A stretch of DNA of 64,000 bases from assembly GCF_009834535.1 (NCBI RefSeq), contig NC_045696.1:83826001-83890000 (forward strand). Reading direction: 5' to 3'. A program made the position numbers and the translations under genes. This document shows, in pieces, positions 51,131 through 64,000 of the stretch. Each line of letters begins with the position of its first letter. The first letter of the stretch is position 1. This DNA is from Camelus ferus. Lineage: Eukaryota. The notes beneath the pieces were generated by a model. That model searched no databases and was not told the DNA's origin. It saw only the letters and a program-made list of their open reading frames with translations.

Positions 51131-54100
51131 CCAAGACAACAAAGATCTTGTCTGGATGTACAAAGGAATGACTCTTAAGCATACATGTGAAGAAAATAAG
51201 ATCAAATGTTAGAAGAAATGTTACATAATTTTACGATTAAAACGTTCTTATTCCTGATAAATAAATATTGCAGCTCAAATATGTGATAAAATCTATCAAT
51301 CAAAAGAAACAGCTGATCAGGAATTTTATTTGGATATCTTCACCTTTTGCTTCTCCTTTCTAATTTTTTTTTAAATAAGAATTTACCTAAAGAGTCAAAT
51401 TCCCTAACCTGAACTTTCTAAGTTTGATATATTTTATTATTTTATTCTTTGTCAACCATATTCTCTTTGTTCTTTCGATCATTGAGTGTATTTCCCTCTA
51501 AACCAAGTACAGTATTCAAAAAGTAAAGAAAAAATGGAAGAGAAAAAAAATCTTACTTGTAAATAAGTTACTGCTCAAAGGTGTTTTGAGAGCAGAAAAA
51601 AATGGAGGCAACACTTCCATTCACTCTTAACCAAATTTTCTGGAAGCTGTTACAGCATCACAATGTTCCGTATCCAGAATTACCACCTAACTCTGCGAAC
51701 AACTCTGGGAACTACAGTTAGGAAATGTGATGTCACGCTGGTGTGGTAACCCCCAACAAGCAGCTTTCTCTTGGACTTATTTGGTCCACATACATTTGAT
51801 TGCCCATGTCAGCAAAGATCTGTTCTAGGTAGAGTGGATGGACAAGAGAAAATCCTCAAGATGTTAACCCTCCATAGGAAGAGAAGTGTGCAAACCTGCT
51901 GAGTAGAATTTTGAAATAAACAACTTTTCTTAAGCAATTAAACCCTTTAATGCAAAGATATATTTATTTTGCTTAATAGTGTTTTTTGTTTATTACAATG
52001 AACATATATTTCAAGGATTTTTCAAAATAAAGTGAAGTTACTGTGAAATATAAAAGTGTATGCTCACCATCAAATGTGCCATCAATTAGGTACAAATCCC
52101 ATTTCTGCCAGTCACCAGCTGTGTGAATTTGAGCGAGTTAATTAGTCTCTCTAAGCTTTGGTTTCTTGTGCTATAAAATGGAGTTCATTCCACCTGCCCA
52201 TTAAGGTTGTGAGTATTAAATAAGATAAAATGGAATAAAGTGGTTAATACTATGCCTAGAATGTGGAAGTTGTACAAAACAAATTATGTCCATTATTCCT
52301 GTTATTAATATGGAAGAAAATCTTATTTGAGGGTTGGACAAACATAAAATCTAGGAATAAGTGGTATCTAACCCAGTTTATTCTTTCCCAGTATTTGCTC
52401 AAATGTGAATTCTCTAGACTCTTCTAACTTTATACTGAACCCTCTCAGAAGCCATTTAGAGGTCTCCAGGGCTTGGGCTACTGTTGCCACATGTTTTAAT
52501 TTCTAGTAGCAGGAGCTGGCTAGAACTTTGGAGAGCCATAAAACTAAGCGAAACTTGCTGCTAAGAGAACCCAACCTGGCGTTATTACAGTCTGCATGCT
52601 TTCCTCTAATTGCATCTTAAGGGAGGAATAAACTGGTGACTTTCCTCTCTTCCTTGTTCCTACAACTTTATTTTCAAAGTTATTCAGGACAGAAGTGATG
52701 AATGGTGACAACCTCTTGTTTGTCTCTTCTTTGTTGTTCCCTCCATATCCCAGTCCAGTCCCTCAACTCTGGAGGACTCTTAGTGTTTCTTCCACACTAT
52801 GAGAAAGTTAGTTGCTGACTCTCCTTCTACTCATCTGACCCCAACGTCTTCTCACTGCCAAACTGGGCTTTCTTTTGAAAGGAATCTCTTCATTTCTTTC
52901 TCTTGTCCAAAATCTATTTAAACAACAACAACCCAAAAGACCACATTCAGTTTTATCTTCCTTAGAGGTTCTCAGTCAGTTCAGTCAACCTCTTGACTTA
53001 AGTTTATTTTCCCTGGCTCACTAATTAAATAATTTTAAAAATGGAAGTTGTATGTTGAATACAGCAATACAACTGAAACAAAATAAAACATAATTCTAAC
53101 AGAATTCTTGGAAAACAGAATTGGTGGCTCTCTAAATATGGTAGCTACTATTACTGGTACTTCTATTAATGAACATGTAATGAGCATTTACTACATGTCA
53201 GGTAGGACACAGGCATCATTTATTTAATCCTTTTTAACAACCTAATAAATTGTTATGATTTTCTTTCCCATTTTATGGTTGAGGAAACTGTGGCTTAGAA
53301 TGGTTAAGTAATTGGACCAACGCCACCCAGTTGGTGAGTGGTGGGGAGTTTGGAACATACTAATTAAATTGTTAAGCTTAATGAATTTTATTATTTACTC
53401 ATATCAGGCAAGAATATAACCATTGAGTTAAATATTTTAATGTGTTCAAAAGTCCATTCAAAAAGCATGAATTTGGCTAAAACTTGTTTGCATTAGATGA
53501 ATAACAATAGCCACTTATCAATGAATTATAGTATGTTACTCTTTAAATTTAATCTCTATCACCTACTGTTCTAGGCTTGAGGGCTCTCAGACCACGGTAG
53601 CACTTCAGCACTGAAAAGGAATTTAGAATCTGTCTACCTCAGCGTTTGTCCAACAATGCTCCAAGGCTGTCGAGTCCCTTCAGGACTGTCTTGGAAGAAG
53701 GGGCAGGTTAATCTGGCACACCTGGTGTTGTCTGGCTGCAAGATTATTTGATCTTCTAGATAATAACAATGTATAGATCATTTTACGCTATTGACTATTC
53801 TGTGACGGATTAATAAGTAACTGGTAGTTTAGCAAATTTGGTAAAGCATCCACCAAACCAATTGCATGAATGTTTAAATTTTTCAGTCAGTTTTGGTGGT
53901 AGTGTGACACTGCTTGCATGACTTGACAAGGAAAGAAAATATGTCACTTTTTGTAAAATTTATGTCAAGGATGTGCAAACACCATGGATTTTCCCAGATA
54001 CTTCCAATTTCAAATATTCAGTTTTGGATTTTAGATACTCCATGAAGTATCCCTAAATCCTAGTTTATAGAAAATAATAACTGACTGAATTAAGTCAGGA

Positions 54101-54549
54101 AACATTACAAAATGAACTAGTCACAAAATACGATGCAACACAAAAGACATGGGCTCACAAACCAGGGGCTATCTGGCTGCATTAAAAAAATTATGATTAC
54201 TCATGAAAATGCCTGAATGTGTAGCATACATGAAGCACAACTCTTTATGAATGCAGTACCTTTCCAGTCGTATAGTTTTATAAAACCATGATAATAAAAA
54301 AGCAGTGTAACTGAGGTTGCAAAAGAAAAAAAACAAAACAGATGCAGTACAAGGTGTGTGATGGGATAATCATTATGTCTATTATAGGCCATTACTTTGT
54401 CTATGGTCAGAAGAAGTCTGAATTATATTCGAAAAGATTTAGTTACAATTTAAAGTATTATGCACCCAGGCAGAAATAAGCTTTCATTTATTCATGCAAT
54501 GAATATATACACATATGAATAGATACATAATCAGTAGAGGTAGTAGCTG

Positions 54550-54735
54550 GAGTGTGAGTGGTAGGGACTGGCTGCCTGAGTTCAAATTCTGATTCTGCCA
54601 CTTACTAGCACCTAAGCTTGGGCAAACGACTTCACTTCTCTATTCTTTAATTTACTCCTCTCCAAATGGGGTTAACAGACCCTAAATCATATAGTTGATG
54701 CGAGGATTAAAGAACTTAAAAGAGCACCTGGCACG
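54550..54735 (+). mobile_element. MIR SINE
   Basis: ctgcctgagttcaaattctgattctgccacttactagc…ttgggcaa…gttgatgcgaggattaaa…agagcacctggcac. Confidence 0.75.
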
Positions 54736-55664
54736 TGTTGTAGTTCAGATACTCACTGCGTGCCTGCTCTGTGCCAGGCGTCGTTCTTGATTCTGGGGAC
54801 ATCAAGGTGAATACAACAGAGAAGCCCTCTCTCCTGGCCTGCAGTGACATCCTAGTGCAGGAGAGAGACAACCAGGAAACATACACCGTAAACAAATCAG
54901 ATAATTAAAGACTGTGATTAAATTCTAAGAAGGCAACAAGAGCATTTTTTTGACAATGACTGAACTCACAATATAGCTGAAGAATGACTTTTGTTTTAAT
55001 ACATGTGATATAAGCATGCACATGTACAAGAATGTAGATTGACAGTTAGTTTTCAGTGCCCCTTCCCTAAAGTGAAAATGCATTGCTAGATTTGTGCAAT
55101 TTGTATATTGACCTCTGTTCAGCCCAGACTGGTCTCTGTCTTCCTTCTGCTCTCCAAGTTCCGTTGCACCTTGTCTGCTATGGGCACCGCGTTTATTTCC
55201 AGAGCTGTGACTTTCCTACCCCTTTGCCCTCACCTTGAGTGGTCACGCACTGACTGCTGAGAGGACAGCCGAGTGCCTCTAGGGGAGCTTTGCTTCCCTC
55301 CCCATCTGTTCTGTACAAAATGCCAGGGTTAAGAGCTGTTATTAACAAGGCATGTCTTTTCTCTGTGTTTGCATGATGCTGCAGCTCTTACAGCCTCTCT
55401 CTGCTGGTAGTACTGCCTTCTCTTGCAGGCTTCCTCTGAGTCTTACCCATTGTCTTCTCTGCTGTCTTGATGGGTTATTTAGCCTAGTTGGTCTGGAAGA
55501 GCAGCTTTCTTATTGGAGTTTGAATTGAAAGCAGATTTCCCTCATTGAACAGAAATGAGAATGCCATGACACTGCATATGTAACATCATTAGCCTCTCTC
55601 TCCTTGGCTGACCGGGCTCAGAAGGATTACTGTTTAACCCTTCCATGCCCAACATTCTGTAAGA

Positions 55665-55826
55665 AACATCAACTTTTGAAAAAGCACAACCTAAAAGTTG
55701 AGAGTTAAGTTTTGTTTGGGGATTGTGCTGAGGACTTTAGCCCAGAAGACAGCCTCTTAGATAGCTCTGAGGAATTGCTCCAAAGAGGTAAGGGAGTAGC
55801 CAGGATATACAGGAGTTTTTTGCTGG

Positions 55827-55865
<39 letters not shown>

Positions 55866-56175
55866 TATAGTCAAACATCAGAAGACTACTGCTAATAACA
55901 AAAAACAGACATCTCAAGTTAATGAATTTAGTGCTTTTTTATGTATGGAAAGATGCAAGAATATGGGCTTGTTGAAGTTATTCCTTAGATGTGCATCTTA
56001 ACTACCTAAGGCTAGTACCCAAACCGGAGAATGCTTCCTGTTTTCTCCATCCTGAATTCCCCTCAGGGTACACACTCAGGAAGGTGGCGGGGGGGGGGGG
56101 GGGGGGGTGTGTGCGATGACTGGTAGTTTGATCCTAATAAAACTGGAATGGCAGTCATTATTATTTGTTTACCAG
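55665..56175 (-). mobile_element. Solo ERV LTR with internal A/TA and poly-G runs
   Basis: acagcctcttagatagctctgaggaattgctccaaagagg; gaatttagtgctttttt…atggaaagatgcaaga, resembling artiodactyl ERV1-type LTRs. Boundaries approximate. Confidence 0.65.
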
Positions 56176-56882
56176 AACAGCAGGCAACATTCCCTGAACA
56201 CAGGACAATAAAATACAATGTAGTTACTATTGTAGAGTGGCGGCAACAGATCAGCCCATAATGTCTATTATTAGAAAAATAATTCTTTGTTAGGTCATTT
56301 ATGCTGAATTTTTGGATCAAAAATATTTGTTCATGGGGTAGAAGTCTCTGATATTGAAATACTGTTATGCAAGTAGCATGTGTAATAAGAATTGTCTCCT
56401 AAAATAATGTCTAAGTATTTTTAGAATCTATAACAAATTGTAAGACTGGGTCAATGAAAATGGAAATAAGTTTTGCTAGCCATATTTTAATGTCAACAGT
56501 GTTAAGCATCAGACAAGTAGTGGGAACAGTCAGGAATTTGCTCTGTTTGGGCAGTCCCTCCCAAGAGGACAGCTTATCACAGTTTCTTCTTCAATGTAAG
56601 GTGGACTTTCAATGAAGAATATTTCTTAAAGTTTGTTTTTCCTTAATTTTTTCCACTTTAACACATTTTTATAAAGACAATTGTCTGTAAGATTGCAGTA
56701 TGGAACAGTATCTCAAAAAATGGTGCTAAGTACCTAGTTGTTTGTGCAGAAATCTTTGAGTACTCAAAGCTTATTTCACAGCGAATAAAATATTTTTCAA
56801 TTATTTTGATAAAGTAACACAAATACTACATTTAAATTATGATTTTAGAAAATCAGCTAGTGTTTATTTTGCCATGCTCCAT

Positions 56883-57263
56883 TGTTAAAAAAACAAAACT
56901 CAGCTGAGTAAATTTGAAGGTCTAATTGGCTTTACTCAATGATTCACAAATCAGTAGCATCCCATCCCGAAAGTAGAAAGGAGCTCCAAGGAGCTGTACA
57001 AAATTGAAGGCTTTTATAGGCAGAAGGGTGTGAAAAAAGGAAATTTCTAATGAAGAGTAGATTGTATCAGGCAGGGTCACCTTCCTTTAGGGAAAGGCAG
57101 GGTCTACCAAGCAGGTAATTCCAGATTGACTAGTTTTAATAAAGGTCACATTCCTGGGAATGGCTGAAACTGCAACTAGGTTAGATATTAAGTCTTGGTT
57201 TGCTGTCCTGGGGCAAGTGACTCCATTTTGAGTTTGTTGTTCCTTTTTTTTTTTTTTTTAACA
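56883..57263 (-). mobile_element. Solo ERV LTR
   Basis: TGTT…AACA termini; ggcttttataggcag (TATA on minus); gactccattttg motif typical of LTR U3. Confidence 0.7.
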
Positions 57264-59194
57264 CTTTAGCTGTATTATTTTATTCTCACAACTTCTGTGA
57301 ACTAGGTGGGTCTCATCATATCAGTTCTTTTGATGATTTAACTGAGGCGTGAAAAGACTTCATCAACAAAATTCTTAATCATTATGTCCATCATCAGCAT
57401 CACATGGGTTCCTAAAGGGGTAAAATTTAGGGAAAAAAATGCAAATTGGATTAATAATTGCGTATATGAGGTTTTATTGTGATTAGAAGTATCTTCAGTG
57501 TCAAGTAGTGCGAAGTTTAAATAGGGCCTCCTAGCTTTATAAAGACATGATTGAGTGGGAAAGGTATTTATTATTTGAATAAGAGAACACTGCAGCTGTT
57601 CATGATGTTGTGAATGAATGGCTGTGATGAAAACATCTTTATTGACAACCACCGCAGTCTGCTCTAATATATTCTTTTTCTTTTTGGATCAGTTGTGTTA
57701 GTAAAGGATGTTTGTTCCACTTCAAAGGCAGATGATATATTAGCGATCCCTGCCCACACTGACAGGGAAGGGGCTTTTCAGCTCTGACTGGCAGGTGAGA
57801 AACCACCAAGGAGACTGAGACAAAAAACAAAGTTGGAACTTGAAAAAACATTTTTTTAATCCAATCTCAGTCATGTCTTTATTTTACATTAGGAATTCAA
57901 CTCGAGTTTGAGTTCTTGCTTGTTTTCCCCGTGGCTTGTTGAATCCATCCTTCCTGAAATAAAGGCACAGGAAGGCAGGAATGTGTGTAAGGAAGGCAAG
58001 GAAGCTTGGGGACAGTCGTTGATTGCAGATTTTTCCAAAGAAAATAACAAAATGTGGGTTTAGGGAAAAAAAGATACTTGAAAAGTTTGCAAAAATCTTT
58101 TTGACCTAGACTAATTAGCGATTTTTTAAATCGCTTTTATTAAAAGGTTTTTTTTATTTTTGTTAATTCAACATTTCCTAAATTGTAAATTTTTAAAACT
58201 TTGCCATAATTGAATATCATAATCATAGGCAGTTTACACTGACTGTATTCAAGAATAATTTAGGAAAGCAATATTCAAAGGATTTGTTGAACTGTAATAT
58301 GGGTAGACACATTGACTGCAGAATTATTTATGCTCTCTGGTGACAAGGGAGCCTACATCAAATCTACTTGTCCTGGTCGCTAAAATAACACGTTTGAATA
58401 ATTCTATGCTATGCAGTCACCACAGAATACAACTCAAAACACAGCTTTGTCATTTACTAAATATCTGCTTTTAGGAACAGAATGCAGGGTGAGAGTCTTA
58501 CCACCTGAGGCTAGGTGACCTGCAAACCTCAATTCCTTGAAGCATCTTAATGATCAATATTTGTCTTGTGACCTCTGAGAAGAGGTGAGAGTTGTAAGAC
58601 TCAGGCAAGAGTTGTGATGCTCTAGATGGGGAGAGGAGACTTTCTGCTGTGAAGCAGGAAGGGGGAGAAGGAACTTATATTTATAAATTAGCAAACTTCA
58701 AAAGTGCTATTTGAAATGTATGCTGTGAGTATACATTTGAAAGAGGTTCCATTTTTGTTTTTTGTCCAGTGAAATACTAAGGACGTGTCATTTTATTGAG
58801 AGTCTAACAATTTTTCTCTAACCAGCAGGGTATATGAAGCATTTTTCCAGCTAACATTTGGTATCTTCTTAATCATTAACCTGTTCGTAAACTTAAGAAT
58901 TCGTGTTTACTCAGTAAAGCTGAAAAAAAAATTTGTGTTTGTCACTAATATTTTAATTTATTAGTAATCTCAAAAATAAAACTATTACTTACTGAATTAA
59001 ATACTACAAGTTTAGTAGAAAGGAATATATGTGTAAAAAGAATAATTTACATGTGAATAAATAAGAAAAAAATGCAAAAAAAGTTAGGAAAGTACCAGAA
59101 GTCTTACTATGATGTACCCTGTATATCTTACTTATTGGTGTGCACCTGAATCAATCATATGTGTAGCTAAAAAGATGGAGATTGCATTTTTATA

Positions 59195-59670
59195 TGTTAA
59201 AAATATTTACAATTAGGGTGTGAAATAAAATTCATATTTTATGGCAAGATAAAAATATAAACAAAAAAATATCTTCTGTGCTGTTTGGCCTCCTCTTTCC
59301 CCGCACTGTGCATTGTGTATCTACATTGTGCATGGGCCAGACCTTCCCCATTGGCAGAAATACCTGCTCAGCTGTAAAAAGCAACATTCTCTTAGCATCA
59401 TAAGACAACTCCTTAAAGATAACATTCCTTCTTGATCTCATAAGGGGTCACATGGCGCTTAGATCCAGACTGTGTAAACTGTCACCAATATATCATTTGA
59501 TGTACAGCCCTCCATCTCAGAGAACTTCTATAACTGTGCCTTGACTTCTAATGAGCGGAACAGTTCTCAGAGCTGTCTGAGATGCTCTTCCCAGGTTATA
59601 ATCCTCAAATTTGGCTTGAATAAAATTTTCCATTTCTTTATTAGATGGACTGATTAATTTTTCATCAACA
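59195..59670 (+). mobile_element. Solo ERV LTR
   Basis: TGTT…AACA termini; ctcagagctgtctgagatgct (similar to reverse complement of the 55.7 kb LTR); AATAAA near the 3' end. Confidence 0.65.
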
Positions 59671-60701
59671 AGTGTAATGCTGTTTTTTGTTTCTGGGAGC
59701 TTCCCTCGTGTCTCCCTCTTTTGTCCCTTACTAGAGAGTGTTCAGTATTCCTACTAAATATTAGAGTACTATTTCATAATTTGTCATCTATATCATTCTA
59801 CTTTTTGAGGATTTTAGCAATGAAATTACTTAACCTTTTGACCACATTAATGTAAAATCTAGTCTTGATTGTAATGTGTTGGCTTAGAAAACTTACAGGA
59901 TTTTTTTTTTCATTACAAGAGCAATAAATAATTTTACCAGAAAATATTGCATAACAGTAGTGACAGCCAACATCCTTGTTTTGTTGCTACTTCAAAAGGG
60001 AATGAATTTAAAACTGTAGCATTCATAAAAGTCAGTGACTTTTTTCTTTTCTTCTCTTTTTCTATTTTAAACAAAAAAGTGCCAGTATCCACATTTTTAT
60101 AAACTCTAAAATGCCTTTCCCATCTTTTTTCATGTTTATCCTAATTTTAATCTCTTCTCTCTTTCATCAGAATATGAATGTCTTATTCATTTCAAATGAG
60201 TCAATAGCTCAACCTCAATAAAGGGGAAAAAATAAGAAAGAGGAAGAATACTGGCATTCATAAAGAAATACCCACAGCATAACAAATATGGTCAACTTAT
60301 TCCCCATTCCAGAAAGTCACCACCACCAATAAGGTTAGTCCATGGCCTTTCAGATATTTTTCCATGTATTCATAAATAGATATGTAGATATTCTCTAATT
60401 AGACATAGGCATAGTTCTCCATATGTTTGTGCTTTTTCACATAGTATGTTGTGGGTATTATTTAGTATCAATATATAGAGATCTAAATGAACATTTTAAA
60501 TTACAGAATATATGAATATGCAATACATAGGTCCTTCTTAATAGATGTTTATAACATTTTTTCAAATTGTTTTCCATTGAGAACAGTGAGTGAATCTACT
60601 TTTACATACATTTTTGCCCAATTACCTAAATATTTCCTTAAGATAGATTTTAATGACATTAAGTTTTGAAAAGTGTATGTATGCACTTAAAAAAAAAAAT
60701 A

Positions 60702-61206
60702 CAGGTGGTTCCCAACTTACAGTGGTTCAAGTTAATGATTTTTTGACTCTCTGGTGGTATGAAATTTATACATGTTTAGTAGAAACTGCACTTTGGATTT
60801 TTGAATGTTAATCTTCTCCTGGGTTAGCCACATGCAGTGTAATACTCTCTTGTGATGTCAGACAGCAGCAGTGAGCCGCATCGAGTCAGCCACGTGAGCA
60901 TAAGGGTAGACAACCTGTATACTTACAGCCATCTAGACCCATACTACCATTCTGTTTTCCACCTTCAGTACAGTATTCGGTAACTTACATGAAATATTCC
61001 ACACTCTATTATAATATAGGCTTTGTGTTATATGATTTTGCCCAACCATAGGCTAATGCAAGTGTTTTGAGCAAGTTTAAGGAAGGCTAGACTAAGCTAT
61101 GATGTTCGATAAGTTTGGTGTATTAAATGCATTTTCAACTTAGAATATTTTCAACTTAAGATGGATTTATCAGGATATAACCCCATCGTAAGTTGAGAAA
61201 GATCTG
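60702..61206 (-). mobile_element. Tigger5/MER47-like TcMar MITE
   Basis: TA target duplications (60700-60701, 61207-61208); TIRs CAGGTGGTTCCCAACTTACAGTGG / CAGATCTTTCTCAACTTACGATGG; internal ggctagactaagctatgatgttcg. Confidence 0.85.
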
Positions 61207-62619
61207 TATATACACATTCAAAATGTTTTCCTGAAAATCTATACCAATTTACACCCTTACCATTAGTGAAATTACATTCTTACCAAACAAGAGAATTTGT
61301 TTACAGGCCTTCAGCATCACTAAAATTTATCTATCTTTTTATTACTCCCAGCAAATCTCTTTATTGAAGTCTGGGAAAGTAGAAAGAGAAGAAAAGAAAA
61401 ATGTCCACAAAACTGCTGTGATCCTTCAGTCTATTTAGAACTGAACTCATGACTTACATCAATTTTCTGTTTATACATTTAATATATCCTGGGGGAGTTT
61501 TTCAACCTCTTCTACAAAATTTAACTTTAATTTATATTTGTCTGTATCCTTTCATATGTAATTTGGACAGACACAGACTACTGAATATAATGGAAGAAAA
61601 TTTCTCAGTGCTTCCTTTGAGCTATTTCATAGTTCCTGCTTTAATAGGCAGGAGATACTTATGAAATAATGATTCAGCTATTTCCTATAGATTTCACAAT
61701 TCTGCATTTATACATTAATAAAGAAATGTGAATTCCTGGAAGGTACAATATTTATGAAGTATTTAATGTCAGCTCTCATAGAGGACTTGGACACATCCAC
61801 ACCCTAAAGCTCATGAGACTCCATGTTGCAGAATCTGCTAGTTTGGTGACTTGCCAAGTGGGATTTGAGTGTCATCATCATGTGAGCTGCAGTTCCTTTC
61901 GTATCAGAATACTTTATAGTCAAGTTTAACTGTTGACTAAAATGGCAGCAGTGGTTTTTTTTCAGTTTGGAAGAGTAATGAAGGAGAGCCTTGGTGAATA
62001 AAATCTCGCATATCTCATGATCTGGATTATGAATGTGAAAGGATATTACTAAAACCAAAAGCATAAAAAGCAATATGATGTTCCACCTCTAATTTGTTTA
62101 CTTAATGAATCCTAGTGATGAATTTCCTAATGCTGAACCATGAGATGGATTTTAAAATACAGAGATAAAATAGATGGATAAGATGAGATGAGTGGAATAT
62201 ATTTAAGTTTTGAGTACTTATTCCTAAACAGAAGAAAATGCTGTCTCAGAACATTTCACCAGGATATGAAATATTAAAAATATGAAACCATTGCTGCAAA
62301 ACCCAAGCATTGGCTGTTGGCAAGGGTGGGGATTCACTCAGAATGGAGGGGCAGAGGCAGGTGGAAATGTCTCCTCTTCAAGGGAGTAAGAGGGGAGAGG
62401 GGGCCAGGTGATGATGGCAAATAAAATATTTTGTTTACAGTTACTTATTAATTTTATGTTAGTAAAGACACATATAATATTATTCTTATTAACCTTATTA
62501 CTAATAAGGTAATACTTAGAGGCATGGGAAATCAGAAAATAACATTAATTTAAAAATGAGAGAGTGAAAGGATAGAAGAGAAACTTAAGAGGACTAGCAA
62601 AAAGCTTAATATGATGAGC

Positions 62620-63480
62620 AAGAACATAGGAGGGGTAAAAATAGAAACATTAATAAATAGTAAATATTAAATATGATGAGACTAAAAATATTAATCTTCA
62701 CAGTACATTCAGATGAACCAAATTCCCTATCGTGAAACAATGACTACCAGTTGAATTTACAAAGAGACACAAATACATGTTTTCTATCAGTACACACCCA
62801 AAATAACATGAAGACAAAAGTTGTAAAGGATGTGCAGAATCACAAAGGCAAATGCAAATAAAAATGCAAGAAGGATGACAATATCCATATAGCAGGTAAA
62901 GCAAGCTACACCACCAGTGCACTAAATGAGACAAAGGGGTTACTTCATCATGGTAAAAGCTGAAGTCCAAAGCAAAGTTTATATCTTTATTCACCAGGCA
63001 CACAGCATCAAAAATACAGAAAACAGAACTCTTCAGAAGTGCAAAGGTAATTTAATCAAGATGCAATGCATTAAAAAGTGTCAGCAGACTCCTTTTCAGA
63101 CATTTACACACACACACACACGCATATATTTACAACATCTGTGTTTTACTGGCAGAGAATTATGTGTTATTTTCCTATATTTCAGAGTATATACAATTGT
63201 GAATCATATACTTCATCTCACAGAGAGCAACAGAGACCATATTCTTCAGTCAGTCTAATAAAACTAGGCACCAACAACAAAATCATGGATAAATAACTGA
63301 AAATACCCTTCTAAACAACCACCAGATCACAGTAGAAATCAGATGGCCATTAATGGCAAATTAATTAATTTTATAAACACTTCACTCCAAAATCTATAGA
63401 TTTCTGGCCTTGACCATTTTTATATCAACAAAGAAAGCCTGACATTTAACAATTAAGAATTCAACTTGAGGAAGGAGAAG
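62620..63480 (+). mobile_element. Ancient L1 ORF2 5' (endonuclease region) remnant
   Basis: aaatgcaaataaaaatgcaag…gagacaaaggggttacttcatcatggtaaaag…aacaattaagaattcaacttgaggaagg. Confidence 0.5.
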
Positions 63481-64000
63481 AAGACCAACTTCTATTATTC
63501 TGAGTTGAACTGTTTTAGGCTTCTGGTTTGCCTAGTGTATTTAAGGGCTTACTGCACAGAATCCATGGTGAGGCAGGCCTGGCAAGGATTCCTGCCTATT
63601 TTTGATGATTTTTCTGGTGCAGGCAGCACGATGAGTCAGGCTGCTCTGGCCTTGCAGGGCCCAGGGCGGAGTCCCCACTAGGATGCAAAGCGGTGTCTCA
63701 GTGCGGTGTGGGGGCTGTTAGGGCATCACCCTACACGGACTGCTCCTGGATGACCAGCAGCCCCAGGCCCCTTCCCAGTTCTCCTCGGGGCCTCCTGCAA
63801 GCTTTGCAAGTAGTTAGACAGGGTTCTGGATGAAGCAGCCTCACCCACAGGTGGAGCCCTACGTGAGCCAAGAAAGGCCAGATGTCACCAGGATTTGGGG
63901 ATGAGGTTACTTTGGAGGAGCTCCAAGCACTTTTGCCCCTAAACCATCATCTGCTCACTGGCAGCTGATCGTGTGCTCATGGAGGGAAGGCGCTGATGCA

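Noticed and set aside
51550..51900. Possible minus-strand exon (donor-like gtaaga near 51552-51557)
   Set aside because: The frame I examined hits a stop and shows no recognisable motif; there are no partner exons.
1..64000. Prokaryotic systems (CRISPR arrays, operons, defence islands)
   Set aside because: The sequence is clearly mammalian, and no regularly spaced repeat-spacer structure or gene-dense ORFs were seen.

Overview
Mammalian genomic DNA, AT-rich and full of eutherian repeats (L1, L2, MIR, MER5/MER45/MER58, Tigger, MaLR/ERV LTRs). A tRNA-derived SINE and young L1 3' ends point to a camelid-like artiodactyl; this is an inference from remembered consensus sequences. The main content is a minus-strand multi-exon gene (~29.0 kb to ~6.6 kb) that the ORF track shows only in fragments and that I cannot name. 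Manual splicing gives a phase-consistent GT-AG chain of small exons encoding about 5 SDS22/U2A'-type leucine-rich repeats, an LRRcap and a C-terminal CaaX box (CVVS), with a poly(A) signal just downstream. The putative promoter carries tandem RFX X-boxes and a MYB site, suggesting ciliary or spermatocyte expression. Two very large internal exon-like segments (~17.1-18.5 kb and ~22.9-25.0 kb) and the 5' part of exon 1 carry multiple stops, while all small exons are intact and stay in frame if the large ones are skipped (273 aa product, or 193 aa from an internal ATG). Also present are several TALE/HOX/SOX-motif-rich candidate enhancers, a strong CTCF motif and a cluster of solo LTRs. No other gene could be supported in 30-64 kb. 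Repeat family names and boundaries are by-eye assignments.
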